Source: a bacterium (GTDB lineage: Bacteria; SZUA-182; JAZDLJ01). Taken from it: a stretch of 32,853 nt of DNA. The DNA lies in contig JAZDLJ010000064.1 of the NCBI GenBank assembly GCA_043802115.1, positions 1 through 32,853 on the forward strand, written 5' to 3'. A model generated the notes under the pieces. The model searched no databases, was not told the DNA's origin, and worked only from the letters and a program-made list of their open reading frames with translations. The position numbers and the translations under genes were made by a program. The stretch's first letter is position 1. Each line of letters opens with the position of its first letter. This document shows, piece after piece, positions 8,863 through 16,416 of the stretch.

Positions 8863-9789
8863 TCAAAAAAAAAAACTACTAACAGGTGATTTTTGAATAT
8901 TTTCTTTATCCATTTCTAGATAGAGTACAAACGCTGATGCAGAAGATTCTAATTTATTGACCTTTTTTGTTTCTTTTAATTTAATATTTAAAAATTCTTT
9001 AAAAGTTTTTCTTGCATCTACATTAGATATTACAATTTTTGCATCAATAATATCTTCATTATTAATACAAACGCCCTTAATCTTATTACCATAAGTAAGT
9101 ATTTTTGTAACTTTACTTGAGAATAATATATCCCCACCTAACTTATTAAAATATCTTGTTAAAGCATTTGGAAATTCTTGCATTCCTCCACTTGGATAAT
9201 AACCAGGATCTAGAATATGCTGTTGAAAAAGGACAATAGCTGATATAGCTGCTATTTCTGAAGCTTGTAATCCTTTATTAATAAACGTTAAAATACTAAA
9301 AATAAATTTTATATTATCATCAATAAAATAGTTATCTAAGAGATCTTTAAATGTCATCCCAAACAATTTCCTATAACTACTTATTATACTTGTTTTCATA
9401 ATAAATTTAAAAAATTTTTCAATATGATCCTTTTCATTAGGGAATAACTTTTTAAATTCTTCAATCGTATTCTCTGGGATCGTTCTAATGAAGAGCTTAT
9501 GAGATGGAGTTATAATTTCTTCTGTAGGATCATGTTGAATAAATTTTATTGTATTTTCTATCTCAAGTTCTTTTAATATTTTATTAAGAAATCCTGTTTT
9601 AACTCCTCCAAGATAATGTACCCCAACGTCGAATTTATAGCCATTTCGTTCGAACGAAGCACAGTATCCCCCCGGATATTTTTGTTGTTCTACTATCAAT
9701 ACTTTTAATTCATATTTTACTAAATAACATCCGGAAATGAGACCACCTATACCAGCACCTATTATTATAACATCGTATTGATTTTTCAT
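8863..9789 (-). pseudogene. N-terminal part of a FAD-dependent oxidoreductase, phytoene desaturase (CrtI/COG1233) family, ending in a T11 run
   Basis: DVIIIGAGIGGL dinucleotide-binding fold, then PGGYCASFERNGYKFDVG. The ORF ends ...SSFFF-TGA inside an 11-T homopolymer. Confidence 0.8.
8865..8875. repeat. A11 (T11 on the coding strand) homopolymer at the frameshift site
   Basis: Counted directly: positions 8865-8875 are all A. Confidence 0.95.
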
Positions 9790-9828
9790 AATGTATTATT
9801 TTAACAGGCTATTTTGTTTTATCATCTT

Positions 9829-10929
9829 TTAATATTGTAAATTTTTTTTTCCTATAAACTTCCGTTCCTTACAATACTCAAACACCCTTATAAAATTTTG
9901 TTCATCAATCTTGGAAAATACAAATCCTTTCTTACTAAACATCCCCTGTGTTTCCTTAGCAAAAAAACTTGTCTCATAATTAAAATAAGGAACAAATGGT
10001 TCAGCCAACGCCTTTTGAACAGTATCCCAACGATCAAATGAAAAATTTTTAAAAGGGCTCAGCTTCGGCATCTTAAACTTAAAAAAATCAGAAGCTAATT
10101 TAATAAAAAAGCCCATATTAGTATTGTCTGGAGAAACAAGATGATAAACCCTTGCCTTCTCCAAATCACCCAACACAAAAAGGGCATTAGCAACAGTGTC
10201 AATATTGATCATATTCTCAAAACAATTTACATCTGCTGGAAATTCATCATAAATCTCCTGAGAAAAAAAATGAAGCGGTTCATAGAAGAGCCTAAAATCG
10301 GTTGTCTTTCCTTCGATGGAATCTCCCATAACTAAACTAGGACGAAAAACAGAGATGTTTAATCCTTTTTTTTGATACTCTTTTACTATAAGCTCTGCCT
10401 GATACTTAGTCTGTTCATATATATTATGAAAACCCTGTCCTAACTCAAGCATATCCTCAGTAAAATTTATTTTACCAATAGTCCCTGCCACATATGCTGT
10501 ACTTATGTAATTTACCTTTTTCAATTTCCCTTTTTCTTTGCACATTGAAGCAAAATCCAGGACATTCTTAGTTCCTTCTACATTTACCTTGGTTATAACC
10601 TCTAAAGGGGCCTTTAACTTTGCTAAGGCTGCACTATGGTATATAATCTCAACCTCTGAGATTAATTCCTCTGTTATTTTCAGATTTTTTATCCCTAAAT
10701 CAGGATAAACTATATCACCTTCAACCACTAATAGATTTTTTGAACCAATCTCCCAGACCTCTTTATCCCAAAATGTTACATAATCCTTAACCCTCTGCTG
10801 GGCGCTCTTCTCCTTCTTCCCTCTGGCAAGCACATATACCCTATGCCCATGTTGGAGAAATAACTTTAATAGATATGATCCAACAAGACCTGTTGCCCCT
10901 GTCAAGAATATTGTTCGTCTAGTGGTCAC
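9829..10929 (-). CDS. NAD(P)-dependent SDR, fatty acyl / thioester reductase-like (NAD_binding_4 type)
   Basis: N-terminal FLTGATGLVGSYLL Rossmann motif and a YEQTKYQAE catalytic YxxxK. 366 aa, like stand-alone terminal reductase domains. Confidence 0.75.
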   Translation of the reverse strand: MTTRRTIFLTGATGLVGSYLLKLFLQHGHRVYVLARGKKEKSAQQRVKDYVTFWDKEVWEIGSKNLLVVEGDIVYPDLGIKNLKITEELISEVEIIYHSAALAKLKAPLEVITKVNVEGTKNVLDFASMCKEKGKLKKVNYISTAYVAGTIGKINFTEDMLELGQGFHNIYEQTKYQAELIVKEYQKKGLNISVFRPSLVMGDSIEGKTTDFRLFYEPLHFFSQEIYDEFPADVNCFENMINIDTVANALFVLGDLEKARVYHLVSPDNTNMGFFIKLASDFFKFKMPKLSPFKNFSFDRWDTVQKALAEPFVPYFNYETSFFAKETQGMFSKKGFVFSKIDEQNFIRVFEYCKERKFIGKKNLQY

Positions 10930-11087
10930 TTAAAAAATATCCTCTTTTACCGATTGGTTGTTTTGAGACAATAAATTTCATTCATCTTCCAAGGTAAATG
11001 ATATATTCCCAATTTATTCCTATTTTACACCTAAAATCTCATAATAATTTTTAAATTATTTATTTCTCCTGCTAAACGCTTTTTTTT

Positions 11088-11144
11088 TGTCTTGAACACG
11101 ATTAAAGGATTAACAGGATTTTTTAAATGATGAATGATGAAGTA
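11088..11144 (+). repeat. Copy of the GGATTA-rich ~45-nt interspersed repeat (U) followed by an ATGAATGATGAAGT motif
   Basis: tgtcttgaacacgattaaaggattaacaggatt (11088-11120), then atgatgaatgatgaagta (11127-11144). Compare 11585-11629 and 16808-16969. Confidence 0.7.
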
Positions 11145-11199
11145 AGAACATAAAAAAATAAATTTCCTCTCGTTCCCACGCTCTGCGTGAACTTTTATA

Positions 11200-11415
11200 T
11201 TAAATGTGGTAATGTTCTGCATGAGCTCTCCATCCCCCAGGAAATGTACTCTCACCTGTATACTTAAAAGCCGATGATTTGTTCAAGGCTGGTAAAGCAA
11301 ATACCTCATCTTTTTCAATAGAGTGTCGGGCTACAATACCTGAAAGAAGTTGTCCATTCGCATCTAACTCATATTCAACTATAAGTAGCCATTCATTAGG
11401 AAACTGTTTTTTCAT
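11200..11415 (-). CDS. Small DUF5678-like protein, paralogue of 2036..2272, with no protease partner
   Basis: 71 aa: MKKQFPNEWLLIVEYELDANGQLLSGIVARHSIEKDEVF aligns with HFHREWLLILVNEIDENSTTPISGELIAHSPHRDEIY. Confidence 0.55.
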   Translation of the reverse strand: MKKQFPNEWLLIVEYELDANGQLLSGIVARHSIEKDEVFALPALNKSSAFKYTGESTFPGGWRAHAEHYHI

Positions 11416-11475
11416 TTCGTTCCAACCTATTTTTTTTTTTCATATCCATCTCCTTCGTTTAATAAGCCTAACAAG

Positions 11476-11531
11476 GCAAAATCCAGGATATTCCTGGTTC
11501 CCTTCTACATTTACCTTGGTTATAACCTCTA
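11476..11531 (-). pseudogene. 56-nt ghost of the reductase coding sequence
   Basis: gcaaaatccaggatattcctggttcccttctacatttaccttggttataacctcta closely matches 10550-10605 inside CDS 9829..10929 (EVITKVNVEGTKNVLDFA), with a few substitutions and a 1-nt indel. Confidence 0.7.
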
Positions 11532-11584
11532 GATAAAAAATTAAAAGGATGAATAAAAAGTTTTTAAGTTTCTTATCTTCTCCG

Positions 11585-11629
11585 TTTTAATCCTGTCCAT
11601 CCGGTAATCCTTTAAATCGTGTTCAGACA
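11585..11629 (-). repeat. U repeat copy, inverted relative to 11088-11120
   Basis: ttttaatcctgtccatccggtaatcctttaaatcgtgttcagaca. Its reverse complement begins tgtctgaacacgatttaaaggatta. Confidence 0.7.
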
Positions 11630-11633
11630 ATTA

Positions 11634-11951
11634 TTAAGGAGATGTTTCAAACGGGTTACCCCTTTTTATCCTAAGAGTCCAGAATATATAGTCCATAAGC
11701 AACCTTTCCCTTTCTTCAAGCATTTTAATCTGATTAACCGCATCTCTCCATTCCCGGGCATCACAGTTAACCTCAAAATTACATTCTTCTATGCGAGCAA
11801 TAATCTCTTTTTCAAAATTATCAAAGGCCAGCTTATATTTTTCTTTGAAAGAATTATTTATGCCTCTATACCTTTTCAATCTCCTTTGATAATTTTTGTA
11901 AACATAATACATACGCTCATTTTCAACTAACTCATCTAATAGATCTTCCAT
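11634..11951 (-). CDS. Small charged helical protein, family P copy 1 (105 aa), unknown function
   Basis: SD AAGAGGA upstream; the start lies 19 nt after the Rpn stop. Shares ENERMYY, YQRRL.RY, FxxFEKEII and EWR motifs with 28314..28685 and 29022..29351. Confidence 0.6.
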   Translation of the reverse strand: MEDLLDELVENERMYYVYKNYQRRLKRYRGINNSFKEKYKLAFDNFEKEIIARIEECNFEVNCDAREWRDAVNQIKMLEERERLLMDYIFWTLRIKRGNPFETSP

Positions 11952-11970
11952 TGCTCTATCCTCTTTTATC

Positions 11971-13092
11971 CTACTCCTCTATCCTATCTTCCAACCCTTC
12001 TATTTCTTTTAACTTAAATCGTAATTCTTCTATTGATAGCCTTTCAAGTTTTTTCTTGTTTAAAACAGGAAATCCTTTCCTTAATTGGGTAATCCTAATA
12101 TCGCCTATCAGCTCCCCCTTCTCTATCCCTTTTTCTACTAGTTTTTCGGCTACGGTTATAATACTTCCCCCTGTCTCCTCTGAAATAGCCTCTTCCACTA
12201 TCTCCTTTAATACCTCTGGCCTTTTTTCTCCACTAACACTCATTATATATCGCAATGTTGTCTCCATCCCTTCTTTCTTTCCTTCTTTCTTCCCTTCTTT
12301 CTTCCCTTTCTCTATTAATTGTTCAGCCACTGTCATAACACTACCTCCTCCTGTCTCCTTTGATATAGTTTTTTCAATCATTTCGTTTAATACTTTTTGA
12401 GTTGCATCTTCCCGGGTGTTCATTACATAACGTAACACGGTCTCTAAATATCTTAAACCTGTCTGATCTCCTTTTAATAAATCTCTAAATAAAAAAAATA
12501 TCTTCTTTAGATGTTCTAAAAAATCATCGGCATAGATATGTTTTAATAGATAGATCCATATCTTACTGATTATACTTCCCTTGATTTCTTCATCACTATA
12601 GGCTGAAAGGTCATAAAAGATATATGAAAAGTCAGGCAGATACATCCTTAATTCCTCTTTATCGCCCAGGGCAATTATATCTGAAAACCTTCCTCCAACA
12701 GCCCACTCTTTTTTCCCATGATAAAGGACTAACGGGATAATCGGTGGTAACAATTTTAATCTTGGTCTTTGTTTTTTCTCAAGTTTCCAAATCTTGACTC
12801 GGTAGTCAAGCAATCTAAGGGCTATAAATTTATCTACTGAACTTTGGTGTTCAAATAAGAGGTAGAAATAGGCCTTATTCCCCTTAATATTTACTTGATA
12901 GAGGATATCTGAATAGAATTGCCTTAGCTCTTCTTCCACGAAACTGTCTTTTTTTATTTGCAAGCTCTTTAGATCTATTAGTCTGATAAGCTCTGTTGGA
13001 AGATAATTATTAAAAAAATCTATAGCTGCTTCTTTCTTGGTTAAGACCTCCTTAAAAAAACTATCATGGGGATTGTAGATTTTGTCTTCCAT
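11971..13092 (-). CDS. Rpn-family recombination-promoting nuclease / putative transposase (PD-(D/E)XK, YhgA-like)
   Basis: N-terminus YNPHDSFFKEVLTKKEAAIDFFNNYLP and core SDILYQV ... YFYLLFEHQS are typical of the family. The C-terminus has two copies of the ETGG..TVAE.L.EKG module. Confidence 0.85.
   Translation of the reverse strand: MEDKIYNPHDSFFKEVLTKKEAAIDFFNNYLPTELIRLIDLKSLQIKKDSFVEEELRQFYSDILYQVNIKGNKAYFYLLFEHQSSVDKFIALRLLDYRVKIWKLEKKQRPRLKLLPPIIPLVLYHGKKEWAVGGRFSDIIALGDKEELRMYLPDFSYIFYDLSAYSDEEIKGSIISKIWIYLLKHIYADDFLEHLKKIFFLFRDLLKGDQTGLRYLETVLRYVMNTREDATQKVLNEMIEKTISKETGGGSVMTVAEQLIEKGKKEGKKEGKKEGMETTLRYIMSVSGEKRPEVLKEIVEEAISEETGGSIITVAEKLVEKGIEKGELIGDIRITQLRKGFPVLNKKKLERLSIEELRFKLKEIEGLEDRIEE
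12269..12304. repeat. Three tandem 12-nt units encoding (KKEG)3 inside the Rpn gene
   Basis: ccttctttcttt / ccttctttcttc / ccttctttcttc read directly. In frame, so copy-number change would alter only linker length. Confidence 0.9.
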
Positions 13093-13148
13093 AGTTTTTT
13101 ATTTCCCCTTAGCCTTTGTTTAGTTTTTACTTCATCATTCATACTTCA

Positions 13149-14360
13149 TCATTCATACTTTTTCAAAACCAGACAGGCATTATTCCCCCCAAAGGCGAAT
13201 CCATTATTAAGGGCAACCTGTACTTCTTTTTTTCTGTACACATTAGGCACACAATCAATATCACAATCTGGATCAGGGGTCTCATAATTTATCGTGGGAG
13301 GTATGCAATCATGTTTAAGTGCCAGGGCGCAGATAATGGCTTCAATAGCGCTGGCAGCCCCCATTGTATGACCAAGCATAGACTTGGAAGAACTTATAGG
13401 GATCTCTTTAAGCTGCTCCGCAAATATCTTTTTTAAGGCAAGACATTCTGTTTTATCATTAGTTGGGGTACCGGTACCATGGGCATTGATATAATCCACA
13501 TCTCTTGTATCTGTGCCCGAATCTTTCAGGGCTAATAAAATCGCACTAATAATCCCGCTAAATTGAGGGGTGGTCATATGATAGGCATCACAACTTAATC
13601 CACAACCAGCCACCTCTGCATAGATATTTACCCCACGCCTTATGGCCAGATCTAAAGGCTCTAAGACTACCATCCCTGCCCCTTCACCTAAGATTATCCC
13701 TTGTCTATCTTTATCAAAAGGTGCGCATTTCTCAGGGGCCACGGCTAAAAGCCTATTAAATCCTGTAAAGGCGATTCGAGAAAAGGCGTCAGCTCCTCCG
13801 GCTAACATAAGCTCTGCTCTACCCATTCTGATTAAATCAGAGGCATAGGCAATGGTATAATTACCAGAGGCACAGGCATTTGGGATAACCAGGTTATTCC
13901 CTTTCAGTTTAAAGATCGTAGCAATATTATTACAGAGATTATTTGCAGGATATTGTTGTGCTAATTGTGGGTCTATAAAATCTTCTCCCTGCCCTATCCA
14001 GAGATCATCAGCCTGTTCTATTCGCTGAGGCTCTCCCATGGTTGTGCCGATGGCCGCCCCTGCCTCTTTTTTTTCAACTTCTTTCAAGTCTATCCCAGCA
14101 TCTTCGAGGGCTAATCGTGTTGCGGCTACTGCCATCTGAGAGGCCCTTCCCATTCTTTTTATCTGCGCCTTTTCTAGGAAATCAGTTGGGATAAATCCCT
14201 TAACCTCCGCCCCGTTATGGGTTGGATAATCTTTTGTATCAAAGGCGGTAATCTCACTTACCCCTGATTTTCCTGCCAGGAGATTTTCCCAAAATTCATT
14301 TTTCCCAATACCGATGGAGGAGATTACGCCAACACCTGTTATGACTATTCGGGGGTTCAT
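13149..14360 (-). CDS. fabF: Beta-ketoacyl-ACP synthase II
   Basis: 403 aa. N-terminus IVITGVGVISSIGIGKNEFWENLLAGKSG, active-site NACASG, histidines in HMTTP and NAHGTGT, GHTMGAAS, C-terminal FAFGGNNA. Confidence 0.9.
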   Translation of the reverse strand: MNPRIVITGVGVISSIGIGKNEFWENLLAGKSGVSEITAFDTKDYPTHNGAEVKGFIPTDFLEKAQIKRMGRASQMAVAATRLALEDAGIDLKEVEKKEAGAAIGTTMGEPQRIEQADDLWIGQGEDFIDPQLAQQYPANNLCNNIATIFKLKGNNLVIPNACASGNYTIAYASDLIRMGRAELMLAGGADAFSRIAFTGFNRLLAVAPEKCAPFDKDRQGIILGEGAGMVVLEPLDLAIRRGVNIYAEVAGCGLSCDAYHMTTPQFSGIISAILLALKDSGTDTRDVDYINAHGTGTPTNDKTECLALKKIFAEQLKEIPISSSKSMLGHTMGAASAIEAIICALALKHDCIPPTINYETPDPDCDIDCVPNVYRKKEVQVALNNGFAFGGNNACLVLKKYE

Positions 14361-14456
14361 GGACTTTTCATTCCTTAATTCCAGCTTTTTTAGCCCTGAA
14401 AGCGCTCCATATCCATGGTCTCATGAAAAACATTACAGATCACTTCGTTACAATTT

Positions 14457-14600
14457 CTACTCTCTTAATCTAGATTCCCTTGTAGAATAAATATCATTTA
14501 TTTGTTCTTCTATTGACCTATTATCTTCCCAACTACCACATACAGAAAATAGTTCATTTGTAGCTTCTTCTTCGCTCAGAACCTCCTTAAAAAAACGATA
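14457..14600 (-). pseudogene. Start-less remnant resembling the C-terminus of a small antitoxin
   Basis: Open frame YRFFKEVLSEEEATNELFSVCGSWEDNRSIEEQINDIYSTRESRLRE-stop with no ATG/GTG/TTG in frame. The GSWEDxRS..E.I..IY tail resembles many VapB-type antitoxin ends (from memory). Confidence 0.3.
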
Positions 14601-14883
14601 GCGCTAAACAAGTAATGCTGAAGGCCAGCATTACTTCTACTAACTAATTGATAGTTCATACTTTTAAACTTAACATTCGACCTAATAGCATTACATGTTG
14701 TGCACTACCTTATTTTGTTCTTGATTAAACCATTATCGTCTCTGGATATTTAATATATCGTCAACAACTGCTTTATACTTCACTATCTCACTTAACATTC
14801 ACAAGTTTTATTTTAATCATCATCCTATTCTTTGTTATGACTTTTTTCAAGGGGTCTGAATGGATACTCGTAAATTGATATAC

Positions 14884-15315
14884 TCAACCGCTTTGAGCCT
14901 TTTCCTTTAACTCATCATCTCTACATAGCATTTGTATTTTTTTTTCTGTCTTATCAATAAATACCCTTGCATTTTCTAATTGCTTCTTTGCCACTTCCCT
15001 CTCAATGACAAAATAATCCGCATAATCAGCTTTTTCCCGATAATTTTTAGCCTCTTGTATTATTTTACTTAATTCTACATCTAAAATTCCAGTCTTGATT
15101 ATATATTGATTAAAAAAAGAAATAACCCCTGAATGCTTAGAACTATCAAGTTCTTTTAAGGCTAATATTGCCCTTGCTGCTGTAAAAATGGCATAATACG
15201 ATCTACTTATCGAATCGATAAGGTGATTTGAATGAAATAAATCAGATGCAGAGCTAAGATGTTCTTTAGCCTTTTCTAAGCGATAGAAGGCCAATTCTTT
15301 TCTATAATTTTCCAT
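14884..15315 (-). CDS. HEPN domain protein (toxin-like partner of the MNT)
   Basis: 143 aa, with HEPN-like SRSYYAIFTAARAIL and YREKADYADY motifs. Overlaps the upstream nucleotidyltransferase gene by 14 nt. Confidence 0.8.
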   Translation of the reverse strand: MENYRKELAFYRLEKAKEHLSSASDLFHSNHLIDSISRSYYAIFTAARAILALKELDSSKHSGVISFFNQYIIKTGILDVELSKIIQEAKNYREKADYADYFVIEREVAKKQLENARVFIDKTEKKIQMLCRDDELKEKAQSG

Positions 15316-15673
15316 ATAATAATATCCCTTCTTTATCTAATGATTTAATAAAAAGCGTTTGATAATATCTATTTTTTTTATCTTCTTCTAAACTAAAGAT
15401 TAGTGGTGAAAGGACTATATTAAACTCTAAGTTTAGTTCAGAGGCAACACCTGATATGTTATGTATAATTCCATAATTCATCTCTCTCACAAGGACAAAA
15501 ATATCGATATCTGAATCGTTTTTCGATTCTCCTCTAGCCTTAGAACCAAAAATTTTGATTGTAATTAAATTATCCTTCAAGGATTGTTTTAAATATTCAA
15601 TAAATTTATCTACTGCCAAGAATTCATTTCTAGACAATAATTTTTTATATAATTGATCAGGAGTATTCTTCAA
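15302..15673 (-). CDS. Minimal nucleotidyltransferase (MNT) domain protein (antitoxin-like)
   Basis: IKIFGSKARGESKNDSDIDIFVL is the GSxxRGx(n)DxD NTase signature. Only a TTG start is available at 15673; a TTGA overlap with the upstream decayed ORF supports it. Confidence 0.8.
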   Translation of the reverse strand: MKNTPDQLYKKLLSRNEFLAVDKFIEYLKQSLKDNLITIKIFGSKARGESKNDSDIDIFVLVREMNYGIIHNISGVASELNLEFNIVLSPLIFSLEEDKKNRYYQTLFIKSLDKEGILLYGKL

Positions 15674-15727
15674 ATTTGTCTTTTTCCTTTATACTTTTTT
15701 TGTATCCTCTTCAAAAAGCATGGCAAA

Positions 15728-15748
15728 TTACTCCAAGTTAGATTTTCC
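15728..15748. repeat. Solitary sequence resembling the MITE-A/B terminal repeat
   Basis: ttactccaagttagattttcc compared with gtactccaagttaggtttttcc at 28118-28138. Confidence 0.5.
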
Positions 15749-15837
15749 TTGGCATAATTTATATATGTCTTCTTGGAATAATTAACGTTCTTTGGACGAA
15801 CTTTTTTTGATTTTTCTTCTATTTTAACTATTATATG

Positions 15838-16051
15838 TATACTACTCCTACTTAGGTTTTTCTAACTAATTGTATTAATTAAATATAGTAGCATAAAGTA
15901 AAAAGTAGCAAAGGCACTGAGGCACAGAGGAAAAACAAAAAAACCTTAAAAACTATGTGCCTATGTGCCTTAAACTACTGATCTTTAACTAACCTAACAG
16001 GTCTTACCTAGGCTAATAGTTACCAAGAAAAACCTAAGTTGGAGTAGTATA
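15838..16051. mobile_element. MITE copy A (~210 bp), TIR tactactcc(a/t)acttaggttttt, flanked by TA
   Basis: Left end 15840-15861 matches the reverse complement of 16028-16049 with one mismatch. TA lies on both sides (15838-39, 16050-51). The interior carries ggcac-rich repeats (aaaggcactgaggcacagagg ... tgtgcctatgtgcc). Confidence 0.75.
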
Positions 16052-16182
16052 ATTCAGTTTCTCTATCTATTTTCAAATTATTAATAACTTCTTTAGGAAT
16101 AGACAGGTGTCCATCTTCTAATAGATTTCCAATCTATTCTATTTGCATTTTTTAACCTCCTCTGGGGGCAATAACCTGTTTA

Positions 16183-16416
16183 TTAAGAGTGTTTCGTCAG
16201 GCGTTGAGTTGTGCGTGCTAAATCAAGTAATGACCTTAATGCCTCATTTACTGCGGCTGAATCAACAAATGCCCTGGCCACATCAGGCTCTAGCATAACA
16301 ACGTTAGCTCCTTCTTCTAAAAGGCGTTTATAATATTTGCCACGTACAGCTTTTGAATAATCAAAAATGTATTCAGTTCGTAATTCATCACTATTTTTTT
16401 TTTCTTTAGTTTTCAT
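16183..16416 (-). CDS. Antitoxin-like partner of BrnT (77 aa)
   Basis: ORF 16183..16452; start placed at ATG 16416 (AAAGGA SD), overlapping the brnT end by 11 nt. Contains EYIFDYSKAVRGKYY and LEPDVARAF.DS.AVNEALRSLL, motifs I associate with antitoxins encoded downstream of DUF497 toxins. Confidence 0.65.
   Translation of the reverse strand: MKTKEKKNSDELRTEYIFDYSKAVRGKYYKRLLEEGANVVMLEPDVARAFVDSAAVNEALRSLLDLARTTQRLTKHS

Larger units (their letters stand above)
15670..16148 (-). pseudogene. AbrB/SpoVT-like small gene, inactivated by an in-frame TAG at codon 5 and by a MITE insertion
   Basis: AGAGGAGG-N7-ATG at 16148, then MQIE-TAG-IGNLLEDGHLSIPKEVINNLKIDRETEL, which runs into the MITE. Removing 15840-16049 plus one TA gives a continuous 88-codon frame (..ELHIIVKIEEKSKK..) ending in TTGA at the MNT start. 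Confidence 0.4.

Noticed and set aside
11031-11255. 74-aa minus-strand ORF overlapping the end of the DUF5678-like gene.
   Set aside because: It is composed of the U repeat, the ATGAATGATGAAGT motif and a small palindrome (gttcccacgctctgcgtgaac). It overlaps a better gene and has no SD.
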